Of a stretch of DNA of 64,000 nucleotides, positions 1 to 49,300 are shown in pieces. Source of the DNA: the human T2T-CHM13v2.0 reference genome, Homo sapiens; the NCBI RefSeq assembly GCF_009914755.1, contig NC_060941.1; one strand, given 5' to 3'. Each line of letters starts with the position of its first letter. Within the stretch, counting starts at the first letter, position 1. The notes beneath the pieces were generated by a model. It made no database searches, was not told where the DNA came from, and saw nothing but the letters and a program-made list of their open reading frames with translations. Both the position numbers and the translations under genes were made by a program.

Positions 1-32
1 CTCACTGAGGACCTCACCCTCTCTCCGTGCAG

Positions 33-8664
<8,632 letters not shown>

Positions 8665-9392
8665 GCCACTGGCTGTGGTGGCTGTAGTTGCCCCCGTCCC
8701 TGGGGCTAAAGCCAGACCCATTTCTGAACAGGGGAGTTTGTATCATGAATGTTTCCAGGTTTGCTCCTGCACCCGTGGCACTGGAAACCCAGCTCCCCGT
8801 GTCAGACCCCGCTGTCTTCCTGAGCCCTGGGGCTCACTGTGGAGGAGCTGACGGCCTGGGCCCTTGGCCAGTCCTGGCTCTTCCCTGGGCCTCACCAGGG
8901 ACACTCTTGAATGTATGGCCTCAGGCGCTCCCTAGAGGGGGCCTAAACCCCCTCACCTGTGAGCTACCCCCTTTAGGGATCCCTTGCCCCCTTGGAGATC
9001 CCTTGCCCCCCAGTGCCTCTGCTCGTGGGTCCCTGGACACGGCCTTGAAGCCAACCTTCTTTGGAGGAGCAACAGCAGCAGCCTTGGCCGACGCGTCCAA
9101 CTCCCAAGGCTGCCGTGGAGGGCAGGGGGGTGGTGCTTGCCTGGATGTGGCCCCGAGTGCCTCCCCTCCCTCCCTCTGTGGGGGAGTCTCCCGCCTGAAC
9201 CTGAAGATGGAGCAGGGCCCCCGCTTCGCCCTGGAGCCTCTTCCTGTGCCTGGCTCAAGCTGGCTGCCTGTCAGTCTTGGGGAATCTGGCCCAGGTCTCC
9301 TCAGCCTCTGCCCCAGTTCTGGGAGAAGTTTCTACTGGTGTATATTTTTTACTGGAAATGAGCCTTTTAGGAATGAATGTAGACTGGTTTGT

Positions 9393-9398
9393 ATTAAA
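9393..9398 (+). terminator. TMEM94 proximal poly(A) signal ATTAAA
   Basis: Hexamer in 3' UTR with U-rich upstream and GT-rich downstream sequence. Confidence 0.65.
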
Positions 9399-9607
9399 AT
9401 GTGTCAATTGCTAAGAAATACCTGTGGCTGGTCTGTAAGGCCACTCCAGGGTCTGCCCACCCCCGGCGGTGGCTGGCAAAGGGAGGCCTAAACCTTCCTC
9501 CATCTACGCGGGTGGGTCCCTCAGGTCTGGCTCAGGCGAGACCCCTAGGGTCAGGGGTCCCCATGTCACAGAGGCAAACACACAGCCCAGTCACGTGGAA
9601 TGGTGTT

Positions 9608-9613
9608 TTCATT
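9608..9613 (-). terminator. Probable CASKIN2 poly(A) signal (variant AATGAA)
   Basis: ttcatt on + strand; GT-rich tract (gctgtgtgtttg) lies just downstream on the - strand; no canonical AATAAA seen on - in the UTR. Confidence 0.45.
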
Positions 9614-9760
9614 GGTGTTAGTTGGGGGAAGAGGTTAATGGTTACAGAGCCAGGGCCTGGGCCAATGGGGTCAGGCTCTCCCTGCCCTCAGGTGGGCAGT
9701 CGGGGCTCCTGCTGTGGTCCGAAGCCCCTCCCCCATTGTGTCCTCTCAGGCAGTTGATAG

Positions 9761-9766
9761 AATAAA
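9761..9766 (+). terminator. TMEM94 distal poly(A) signal AATAAA
   Basis: Canonical hexamer 1.1 kb after the stop codon. Confidence 0.6.
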
Positions 9767-10409
9767 TTCCATTTAAAATATATGCATTTCTCTCTGCTTA
9801 GAAAATAACATTTACAATTGAAAAGTTAGGACTTGTGGGATCTGTTAACCCCACTGCCTCCCACCCCTGCTAGCCCTGCCTCAGTGAGGGAAGGCGGGGG
9901 CAGGAGCTGCCTGGGCACCACCGCTGTGTATTTACATGTCCTCTGTACACCTACGGAGAGGGGGCCCGGCCAGACACACGCCTCCTCCAGCCTCTCAGGG
10001 CCTGGGCAGGATGGTGGGTGGCAAGAGGCATTCCCTTGGCACAACTTGGGACATGGGCTGGGGGGTACAGAGAAAGCACCCCCAAAGCCCCACCCCTACT
10101 TCCTCCCTGAGGAGAGAGCTCTTACCAGGGTCCCTGTCCAGGAGCAGGGCTGTCCTGCTCAATCGATCAAACCCTGGGAGGGGCTTTGCTGAGATGCAGC
10201 GGAGGTCCCTCGCTAGTCAGGTTCTAAGGTGGGCTGCCCCACAAGAGCTGTGGTGCCCACAGCCGCGGGCTGAGTGGGAAGGGGCCCTGCTAGGAGGGGC
10301 ACTTCAGCCTGACCAGCCCTTGGCCCGTCCCTAGGGTGGCAGGGGCCTCTTCTGTGCTGGGGCAAAGGCAGTGGACTTCGGCAGGTCACAGTGGGCACTG
10401 CTGGAGGGC

Positions 10410-23170
<12,761 letters not shown>

Positions 23171-23574
23171 ACTGGCTCCTGGGCTGAGCTCTACACTCAG
23201 GAGTCCAGGGCAAAGGCAGGCAACGGGTCCAAGCTGGGGCGTCAGGGCGCCATGCCACAGCCCCTTGGAGGGCTCCCGGTTCCGGGGGAGCAAGTCTGGT
23301 GTCCCAGGCAGTGGGCTCCTCGTCAGGTACTGAGGGATACTCCCAAAGGTGCTCCGTGAACTGCCACCACACGAAGGAAAGCTAATCTTTGAGGGGGTGA
23401 AGGCTACATGGAAATCTGGATGGATATCAGCTTGTGGCTTCCGACAGCTCCAGGATGGGCTGGGACTGGGCACACCAATCTTCCCGGCTTGGCTGTGGAA
23501 CACCAGTGCCCACCCAGAGAGCAGCCAGCATTCCCTTGGGCCTCAGGCAGCAGCGGTGCACTGGTCTCAGGGCT
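23171..23574 (-). other. CASKIN2: Probable 5' UTR part of the CASKIN2 ATG-containing exon
   Basis: Best upstream acceptor on - strand is cctgtgctttttccag| at 23575. Confidence 0.6.
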
Positions 23575-24740
23575 CTGGAAAAAGCACAGGGCCTCTGTCG
23601 AATGCTGGGCCACAGCCTGCAAGGGTCCCAGAAGTGGAGTGCAGAGGATGAGCAGGACAAGACCTCCAGGGAGCCCCCAAGCCACCCTGGCTCCCCTCGG
23701 AGTCGATGGTGATGCTGAGCCACTGAAAGTGGGGAGGAAGCTGCTATGCATGAGAGGAGTATTGGTGGGGGGGAGGTGGCATTCTGGGAGGGGGAGGCTG
23801 AGTCACTGGGGCCCCAGGGCACCTGGCAGTACCTCAACCTTGGGCAGGAGGGGCCCTGGCAGCATGACATACTGGGGCAGGCCGGGCCAGCAGCCTGTTC
23901 TCCACAGCCCGAGGCTCCGACACCCACAGACAACTGGCGGGCCAGGAGGTGGGGCCGGGAGGGTCAGGCACAGGCAGGCGGGCAGGGGTCACTCCCTGTC
24001 AAAGGCACCAGCCCCCAGATTCCTCCCTACGGAGGCTTCAAGGCTTCGCTTTAATGGCTGGATGCCCTAGTCCTAGGACTCTTTGTGAACGGAGAGCATG
24101 AAGTGCTTCTGGCCCCCCATTTCTGGGGGCTCTGCCTGCTAGAGAGGGAAGCTGCACAGCACCTGTTGCTGACCCGCCCTCGCCCCTTGTGTCGGGTGGA
24201 GGAGCAGCTGGGCAGAGAACAGAGAGAGCTGGGGCACTGCTGACAAACGGGGCTCCCAAGCCCCCCAAGCCTGAACCTGAAGCCCAGACCCTGGACTCCA
24301 CCGCAGAGAAGCTTACGTCAGTTTCTCGGTGGCAGCGAATTTACTGCCAGAGTCTTGGGGCATGAGATCCGCGCAGGCCTGGGGCCCTGGCCGGGAACCC
24401 CTCACTCCCCAAACGTCCCAAGCCCAACCCAGGGGCACTCCCACGCGGAGCCCGCGGCCGACACGGGCGGAGGGCGCCCTTGGCAGTGCCTGGGGTCGGG
24501 CTGGCTCCCCCGCCCCCCGGAATGTCCCTCCAGCGCCTCGCAACCCCCCAGCCCAGCCCAGCCCAGCCCAGGCCCACCGGGGAACAAAGCGGCGGGAGAA
24601 GCCGGGCGGGCCAAGCGCCCGAGGTATAAACGCGGAGGATGGAAAAAGGGGCGCGAGGAGGACGGAAGGAGCGGGGAGATGGAGGTGCCCGCCGACCCCG
24701 CAAGAAAAGTTAGTTTGCGCCCGCCCCCAGGGGCGCTGAC

Positions 24741-24890
24741 CCCCAGCGCGGGCCCCGCAGCCTCACCTCTCCCGGCCGCCCGCCGGGGTCCGGCTGGCCC
24801 TGCTCGGTCCCTGGCACTCAGGACGGTGGCTCCCACTCCCCCCTGCCCCCCTTTCTCCTTCTCCTTTTCCAAGGCCGGCTCGGCGCCTCC
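24741..24890 (-). other. CASKIN2: Probable non-coding first exon of CASKIN2 (a second candidate donor gtaag at 24316)
   Basis: Inside the CpG island, donor GGG|gtcagc at 24740; TSS position is a guess. Confidence 0.4.
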
Positions 24891-25926
24891 CGCAGGAAAT
24901 CCCGCCCCTCCCCCCTCCCTCCCGCCGGATCGGGAACGGAGGGACCGTCCCGGCCGCGCAGTCAGGCTGTCAGTCAGCACCGGCGGCTCCGCCCCCATCC
25001 GCGCCAGATCCCGCCCCAACTCGTGCCCGCCCGGACCGGGGGCGCTGACCGGATCAGCGCATGCGCCCAGGTGAAACGGAGGGGCGGGGGGCGCGGGGGC
25101 AGAGGTGACCTGGGGCTCTGGACTTAGACCCAAGGGCTAGACACCCCGGGTCTGACTGGTGGGAGAGAAGACGTAATGTGAAGGGGGTTGGCAACCAAGA
25201 CGCGGGACCCCACTTGCAGTACCCCCCGTCTGCGGCCGGCGTCGCCCACCCGCAGCCGCCGGCCGGGCAATGGCACCACCTAGCGGACGGCACCAGTGCG
25301 GGGACCCCAGCCTCGAGGAGGCGCTCGTGCCGGGCGGAGGTGGCGCTTCAGCACCGTCGTGGGCCGGACAGCGCCTCCCGCCCCCGGCCCTCGAAACCTG
25401 GCTTCGGAGCCCAGCCGTAGGGACCGGACGGAAGACACCGAAGGAATGGCGAACCTCCCCGGACCGCTCCTGACAGTTCCCGGGTGGCCTTCGGCCTGCA
25501 AAGTCGGAATTTGCACACCCTCCGCTCGTCCTTCCCTGAGCCCTTCTGCCCTCCTTGCCCAGCCCGGGCGGTGGGGACTAAGCAGCGCGAGGCTGCAGAG
25601 GGGCGGTCACAAGTGTGACCATTCGCACTGCACTCCAGACGCCGGCTCCTCAGGCTTTACTGGAGAGAAGCCCCGAGGAGGGCTAGGGGCAAAAGAGGGG
25701 CCTTCTGCATCTCCAGCAACCTGCGGGCTGAGCTCCCAGACCCGGCGTCGGGGTGCGCTTCCGGGCGGGCGCTAGGACCGGGGACAATCAGGAGGGCGCA
25801 GAGCGGGCTGGGGCGGTGCAGGGGGCGGGGCTGCCGCGGCATTGCGGATCGGCGGGCACTAGGGCAGCGCGGAGCTCCGGCGGTGGGCGGGGCGTGGCGG
25901 CGCGCGCAGCGGCAGGCGGCGGCGGG

Positions 25927-33778
<7,852 letters not shown>

Positions 33779-34080
33779 CCTCACAGCTCTGCAGAGGATG
33801 GAGCTTGCTCCGGGGGACCGGGACTGTCTGTTCTCAGGGACCATCTCGGCTGCCTCCTGTACCCAGACTCTAACCTGTAGCTTCAGAGGCCAGTCTGGGC
33901 CTTGGCCCTGGGTGTCTGATACTCACAGAGTGAAACTGTGACCCTCTCCCTTCCCTGCTGCCTTGCAGTGACCCCTCTGGAACTCAGGACTCGATTTTAA
34001 GGACCCAGGAGGTGGGGCAGAAGAGAGGACTGTGTGCCTTTAACGAGAGGGTGCCTGCTTCGTGCTATAAAGCCAAAGCC

Positions 34081-34086
34081 ATTAAA
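34081..34086 (+). terminator. TSEN54 poly(A) signal ATTAAA
   Basis: About 300 nt after the stop, followed by a U/GU-rich tract. Confidence 0.75.
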
Positions 34087-34199
34087 AATAGATTTCTTTT
34101 CTGCTGTTTCTGTATGTACTGGGTAAACCCCTCTCGCCCCCGTCCCGTTGTCAGTGGAACTGCCCCCAGCCCCTCACCCCTGCTTTGCCCACTCAAGGA

Positions 34200-35830
34200 G
34201 ATCCGCTTCCTCTGGTGCGGGATCTAAGAGTGAGAGAAGCCCGCGGGATAGCAGGAACGCGACCTCGAACCTTTTGAGCCTTTCCCGGGCCTGCGTCGGA
34301 GGGGATGGGACGTCGCAGGCTTCCCGAAGGGAGGAGGGAGGACGGCGCGCCATCGGCCCTTCCCTGGGCGCAGCGGGGTGCGGGTGGCGAGAGGCGCCAC
34401 CTGCAGCTGGGCGGTGGAGCGCGCTGCAGCCCCGGCCTCCGCGCCCTTTCCGCTCCCGCCTCTCGTCGCTCCAACCTCCTCCCTCGCTTGTGCTAAAAAT
34501 TCCACCCGCTGTTGCAGACCCTCCGGCCGACACGGAGGAGGTGGGCGCCCCCCCGCACCCCCCCCCGAGGAAAGGCGTCTCGCCGCGACGCCCCGGTCCC
34601 TACACCATCCCTCTCGTGGGGCTGGAAACCCGGCCCTGCGTCCCCCGGTCACCCTCTCTGGGCTGGGCTCTGGCAGAGGAGCTGGCCCGGATCCGCCCCT
34701 CCCTCGGCAGCTCCCGGGAGTTGGAGGGACGGCTCCCCTGGAGTCTGGGAGGCGGCCCGGGACCGCAGGCGTTCCGGGAACTATTTCCGCTTGCGGGAGG
34801 CGGCGGGACACTGGGCGCGGCGCGCCGTTCTGCGTCCAGGTGCGCGCAGGTGAGGCCGGGGCGGGCCTGCGGAACCCCGAGGCCGTTCGCGAGGCCCCGC
34901 CCCGCGCTTCCCGGGGCCGCGGATTGGCAGGAGCGCAGCCCCCACCCCCGAGGGTGCCCCCGCCCCTGCGGCGCCGAGCTGGGGGGCGGGCCGGGGGCGG
35001 GGCGCTGGGCCCCGGCAGGCTCGCCCTTTATGTAAATAGCGCGGCTCCGCCCCAGGCTCGCCGCGCCGGAGGTGAGCAGGAAGGAGACGGCCGCCCAGCA
35101 GCCCGTGGGCAGGCGCGGCGGAGCGAGCGGGGCCGGCGGCGGGCGCCGAGGGACGCCGAGGGACGCCGAGGCCTCGGGCGGGGGCTGGCCCGGGGTTCCA
35201 GGTGAGATGCGTGCCGGACTCGCCCAGCCGGGCCCGCCCCCTCGGGGCTTCCACCTGGGGCGGGGAGGCCAGGGAGGCCCAGGACCCCTGGGCTGTCGGG
35301 CCAGGGCGGGAGGGCTGCGCCCAGGTCCGCGCGCCTCGCCCCTGTCCGCGTCGCTGTGCTGGCCTGGAAGAGAGACACCTGTAGAAAGTTCTGCGGGAAA
35401 CTTCTCTGCCTGATCTGCGCGATGACTGAAACTTGGGCTTGGGTTTGCACAATAATGTTGGCTTAGGAGAGCAGGAGAACAGGTGCCCCGGCCGGCTGGG
35501 TGCGGGGGGCACCGCGGGCAGAGACGGAGTCCCCGGGCCCACGTGCAGGCGCCAGGCCAGCGGGGTTGGCGACGCGCGTCTGCGGTGACCCCCTCCCCAC
35601 GGGCGGCGGCCGGAGCGCGGTGCCCCGGCGGCTTAGCCCCTGCCCCTGCCATCTGGGCTGTGTCCCTGCCGGCCCTTTGTGCCTCCTAATCCCCGGACGC
35701 AGGAAGCCCGCGGGAGGGACTTCGGTCTCCGGCCTTTCTCCAGCTGGGGCGGCTTTGGACACCTTCACATGACAGTGCGGAGACCCAGTCTGCCCTCCAT
35801 GCTGACGGGCGGGGTTTGCGCTGTGGGATT
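34200..35830 (+). promoter_or_regulatory. LLGL2 CpG-island promoter
   Basis: CpG-dense; GC boxes, inverted CCAAT (gattgg, 34922), isolated AT box TTTATGTAAATA (35027-35038), multiple CAGGTG/CACCTG E-boxes. Confidence 0.88.
35060..35201 (+). other. LLGL2: LLGL2 non-coding exon 1 (start approximate; a further candidate donor CAG|gtgagg at 34849)
   Basis: Donor CAG|gtgaga at 35201/35202, starts about 25-30 nt after the AT box. Confidence 0.7.
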
Positions 35831-36119
35831 TGGCGAGAAGTGGAAAATTCTATCTTGCCAAAGAAAGTGTGTCTTAGTTTGTTCCGGCTGGACGATTGGT
35901 GGACACGCTGGGCCTTGGCTGTGGGGAGAACTGACCTAACCAGGGGAGCTGTAGAGTGGCGCTTTGAGGCTCTCACCTGAACAGGTGAGCTTTGAGTGAG
36001 GAGGGCGCCCCTTCCCCTGGGGATCCGTATGCGACTGCCGGCAGCCTTAACCTGGGCTCCAGGGACCCCCTGCTGGAGTTTGTAGTTCAAGAGAACCTTG
36101 AGTTCTCTTGAAGGGGCTA

Positions 36120-36562
<443 letters not shown>

Positions 36563-36999
36563 GTGGCATTTGAGGAAAACTGTCTGGGTCTGTGTGAGCA
36601 GAGGCACAAGGAGAACTGTGCGAGAGATGTCTCAGCTTTATTTTATGAACTGGGATTTGGGGTTTAGTTTTCTTAGGCGATCTTCCCACAGTGCTAGCTG
36701 TGGCAGACAGAACTCAAACTCAGCTCTTAAGCTTCTAATCAGAGTTCACTCCTTTCCTCTGAAGTTAGACTGGGCCCATCTTTGTGGGGGCTCCTGGACA
36801 GGGTTTCCGGGGTCCAGGGTCATTTGGCATCCCCATTCTTCCTTGAGGCAAGGGAGTTTCCCCTTTGGTGTCAGATTAATATGCTTTTAATTATATTAAA
36901 ATGACACTACATTCATAAATAAGAAATAAAATAGAAAAAAGTAACTTTTTTCTCTTTTTTTTTCTTTTTTTTAAACTAAGTTGACCAAATTCTTTTTTT

Positions 37000-40203
<3,204 letters not shown>

Positions 40204-41416
40204 GTCTCTAGGGGTCAGAAGTTTTTCAGCGAGGACCTTTTTCAGGAATTGAGGGCAGCAGTGGAGGGCGCGGCTTCTCCTAAATGGACCTTGCATTCCA
40301 GTGGCCCTTGATGCTTCCCTTGCTCCTTGGGAGGGCCAAGAGTGAGAGCCGGTTGCCTGGGAGTCTTTCCTGTGGTGGGGATGTCGGAGAGTGCAGGATT
40401 AAACCTGCTGTGAGTTCTGCCCCAGCTGAGGAGTGCTTGCTGGGTACACCCTCCTCACCCTGCTGGGTGGCAGGGCAGAGAGCACAGGCCTGTGCTGCTC
40501 TGTTGGCATTAGGAGACTTTCTAGGAATGCCATTGTGCCCCCTTTCAACCTTGCTTGGGGAGAGGATGTCCTCTCCTGCCAGGACTTCCTGGCCCCGGGA
40601 CCCTCCCTTTGGAAGACGAAGTGCTGCCTGGGACCAGGTGGCCCATGAGCCCCTGCCCGCACTGTGGGAGATCTGCGCATCTCTGGCAAGAGCCTCCAGG
40701 AGCCATCTAAGGAGTTTAGTTTCCCCGGGGAGCTATTCGGCCTTCCTGGTCTTTCCAGATGAGTCAAAAGCAGCTGTTGAGACCTCTGAGTTGGGGGCCA
40801 GAATGGAGGCCCAAGAGACCAATGTTCTTTCTCCTGGGCCGGCTGCTTTGAGCAGCGCTGGCAGCCTGGACTCATTTGTCCTCAATCCTCAACTCTGAGA
40901 GGCCCTCTTATCTGTCTTAGGTGATATCGTTCTCAGGGTTCCTCCTGGGGCGAGGCACGCCAGGTCTGCTTGGCAACGCTGTTTTCCTCTGTCAGGAGCA
41001 GTTTGCAGAGAGAAAACTGGGGACAGGGCAGGAGACGGGCGTCCCCCAGCGGGGCCACCAGCACTGTTTGCCCTCCCCAGCCCTGGCTCCCTAGGAATTC
41101 CAAGGAGACCCTCGCTCACTGTGCCCGTGGCCATGGCTTTGCTCAGGTCCCTTTGGGGTGGCCTTCCCCACAGCCCTGCCTCTCAGAGGAAACTGGCTTT
41201 GAATACTCACCCCTCTCTTCTTCCCAGGAACCACAGCGAATTCTTGAGCTAGGAGAGGCTGCTCTGGGCGTGGGGACGAGGAGGCTGCAAGGCACCTGAC
41301 TCTACCCTTCAGGAATTCGGCAGAGACTGGAGCCTTCTCTCGAGACACCTGACTTAGTGTTCCCAGAGTTTGATGAGAGGGACATCTGGGCACAGGACCA
41401 TATGACTGTAATAAAT

Positions 41417-41426
41417 TATATATATG

Positions 41427-41469
<43 letters not shown>
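41417..41469. repeat. (TA)n(CA)~17 compound microsatellite
   Basis: Direct reading, abuts an Alu poly-T tail. Confidence 0.95.
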
Positions 41470-44170
<2,701 letters not shown>

Positions 44171-46057
44171 AAAGGACTTGGACTCTTGACTGTTTGAGCT
44201 TGGGGCCACTCTGAATCGATCACTTCATAAGTAATTGTAAGAATTAAATAAGGTGAATGTAAAGTGCTAAAGTCACATCCAGCCATAGCTAGCTCTCAAT
44301 CCCTTTTACTACTTAATTAACAACAGCGGGGACGACAGTCCTCCAGTCATGCCCCCATTCCCTCTGGTTTGTGTTCCCCTAGATCCCACTCCATGGAACT
44401 GCCTTTCAGCCAAGGTTTGGTTGCTAAGCTGCTGGCCAGGGACCTGCCTGGTGCTTCTGGGAGACTGGGCTTCCCAGGGCGACATGGGCACTTGCAAAGC
44501 GGCTACAGGCGTCTGAGTTGGCACAGATGCCGCAGGGGTCAGCAGCTGCCTCTGTGGTTTAGATCCCTGCCCACCAGTGCCATCAGAGTAGGAGGTGCAG
44601 GGGCGGATTCACATCCGTCAAACAGGAGGCCACAGCCACACTCAGGCCTCACACAGGATGTCGCAGAGGGGAAGGCAGCTTCTTAATCAGCAGCGGGCTG
44701 TGGGGAGCACGAGCGAAGAGGAGAGGAGAGCATGGGACATCAGGTGGCACGCCCTGAGAGCAGGCAGCTGGCGCTGGGTGCGGCCCGGGGGCCCTCTCTG
44801 GTTTCGGCTGGGTCTGGAGTCCTGCCGCTGGGTGTGGACTCTCCCAGCAGATCAATGAGATCAATGGAACTTCCCGAGCTATGGAGGGAGTTTCTTGAGG
44901 GCTGGCCCCTCCCACATCTCCAGGCCAGAGGGCTGGCTGGGCTTGGCCAAGCCTTGGTCTCACAGGGACAAATTAGCCCAGGTGCCCCAAACAGTGGCAG
45001 GGTGGGAGAAGCAGTCTGGCCTGGGGATCCCCTCTCCTCCGAGGCACAATCGCATCTGCCACTTAGAGCGAGGGGGGCCCAAGGCAAGTCCACCCCGTGT
45101 GGTTATTCTCTCTCTCTGCCCCCACTGGTCTCTTTCTTGAGCTCTTGAGATGGAAGGCGGGCCAGGGTGTGGATTTTGTGGCCTGTCACCAAGTGGAGAG
45201 CTCTCCTGTTCTTTCCAAGTGGGTGTCCAGGTGTGTGGACACCTGTCCTAGACCCAGAAATATTTTGCCGGCCAGGTGCAGACGTGGGTGAGTGGAACAG
45301 TGAGGAGGGAAGGAAACAGGTCGATCAGCTGCCCACAGGGAGCTCTCAGGCTGGTTCCACATGCAAGGCACAGACTTGGGTAGAAAGTGGATGGGAACCA
45401 GCCACAAGGCAGCAAGCCTTTTGCGGCCCGGCTCTAAACCCTGGCGCCCGCCAAAAGGGAACAGAGCAGGGCAGAACAGGGAGGGTGGCTCAGAGGCTGG
45501 TCTGGTGACAGGCAGGAGTGGAGACTGAGGTTGGATGGCCTTTAGAAGTTAGTGGGGTGGAGAAGGTTTTCCTGAGAAGCCTCATCTCAGAGGTGGCGCT
45601 CTGGCTAGGTGGCAACCCCAGTGACCATTTCTGGTGTTAGACTTGAGGACTTGGGGGGCTCCTCAGCCTGTGGGCTCCTGAACTTGTCTCTTCTCCACAT
45701 TCCTCCCAGGTGTGTCACTTAAGTGCACAGCACCTGAGAGTTTGCCAAGCCCGCTCCCTGGCCCTGCTTTAAAGCCTCGGGACGATGGAATAGAAAAGTC
45801 CTTTCTACTCAGGACCCTGAAACCCAAGGTTGCACAGCTAGTCCCACCTGCCTGTCTCCCCGCCTTTCCGGGCCTAACTATTGGGTGTCTCTAGGGGGTA
45901 CCTCTCCCCACTCAGGTTGCGGTGGCTGGAGAGGAGCCCACGCCTGGTGAGCACCGGAACATTCCACCAGCAGGACAGGGCTGGACCCACCCTCCCGCCT
46001 GACCATGCCTGGGGCCTCTTTCCTTCTCTCTTTGATCCTCTTATCCACCCTGCCTAG

Positions 46058-49300
<3,243 letters not shown>

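Noticed and set aside
8688-9491. 267-aa ORF in the TMEM94 3' UTR
   Set aside because: Non-ATG start, Pro/Gly/Leu-rich composition expected from GC-rich UTR, no recognisable domain.
34148-35652. 250-350 aa ORFs on both strands at the LLGL2 promoter
   Set aside because: Same CpG-island artefact; no domain, overlapping in several frames.
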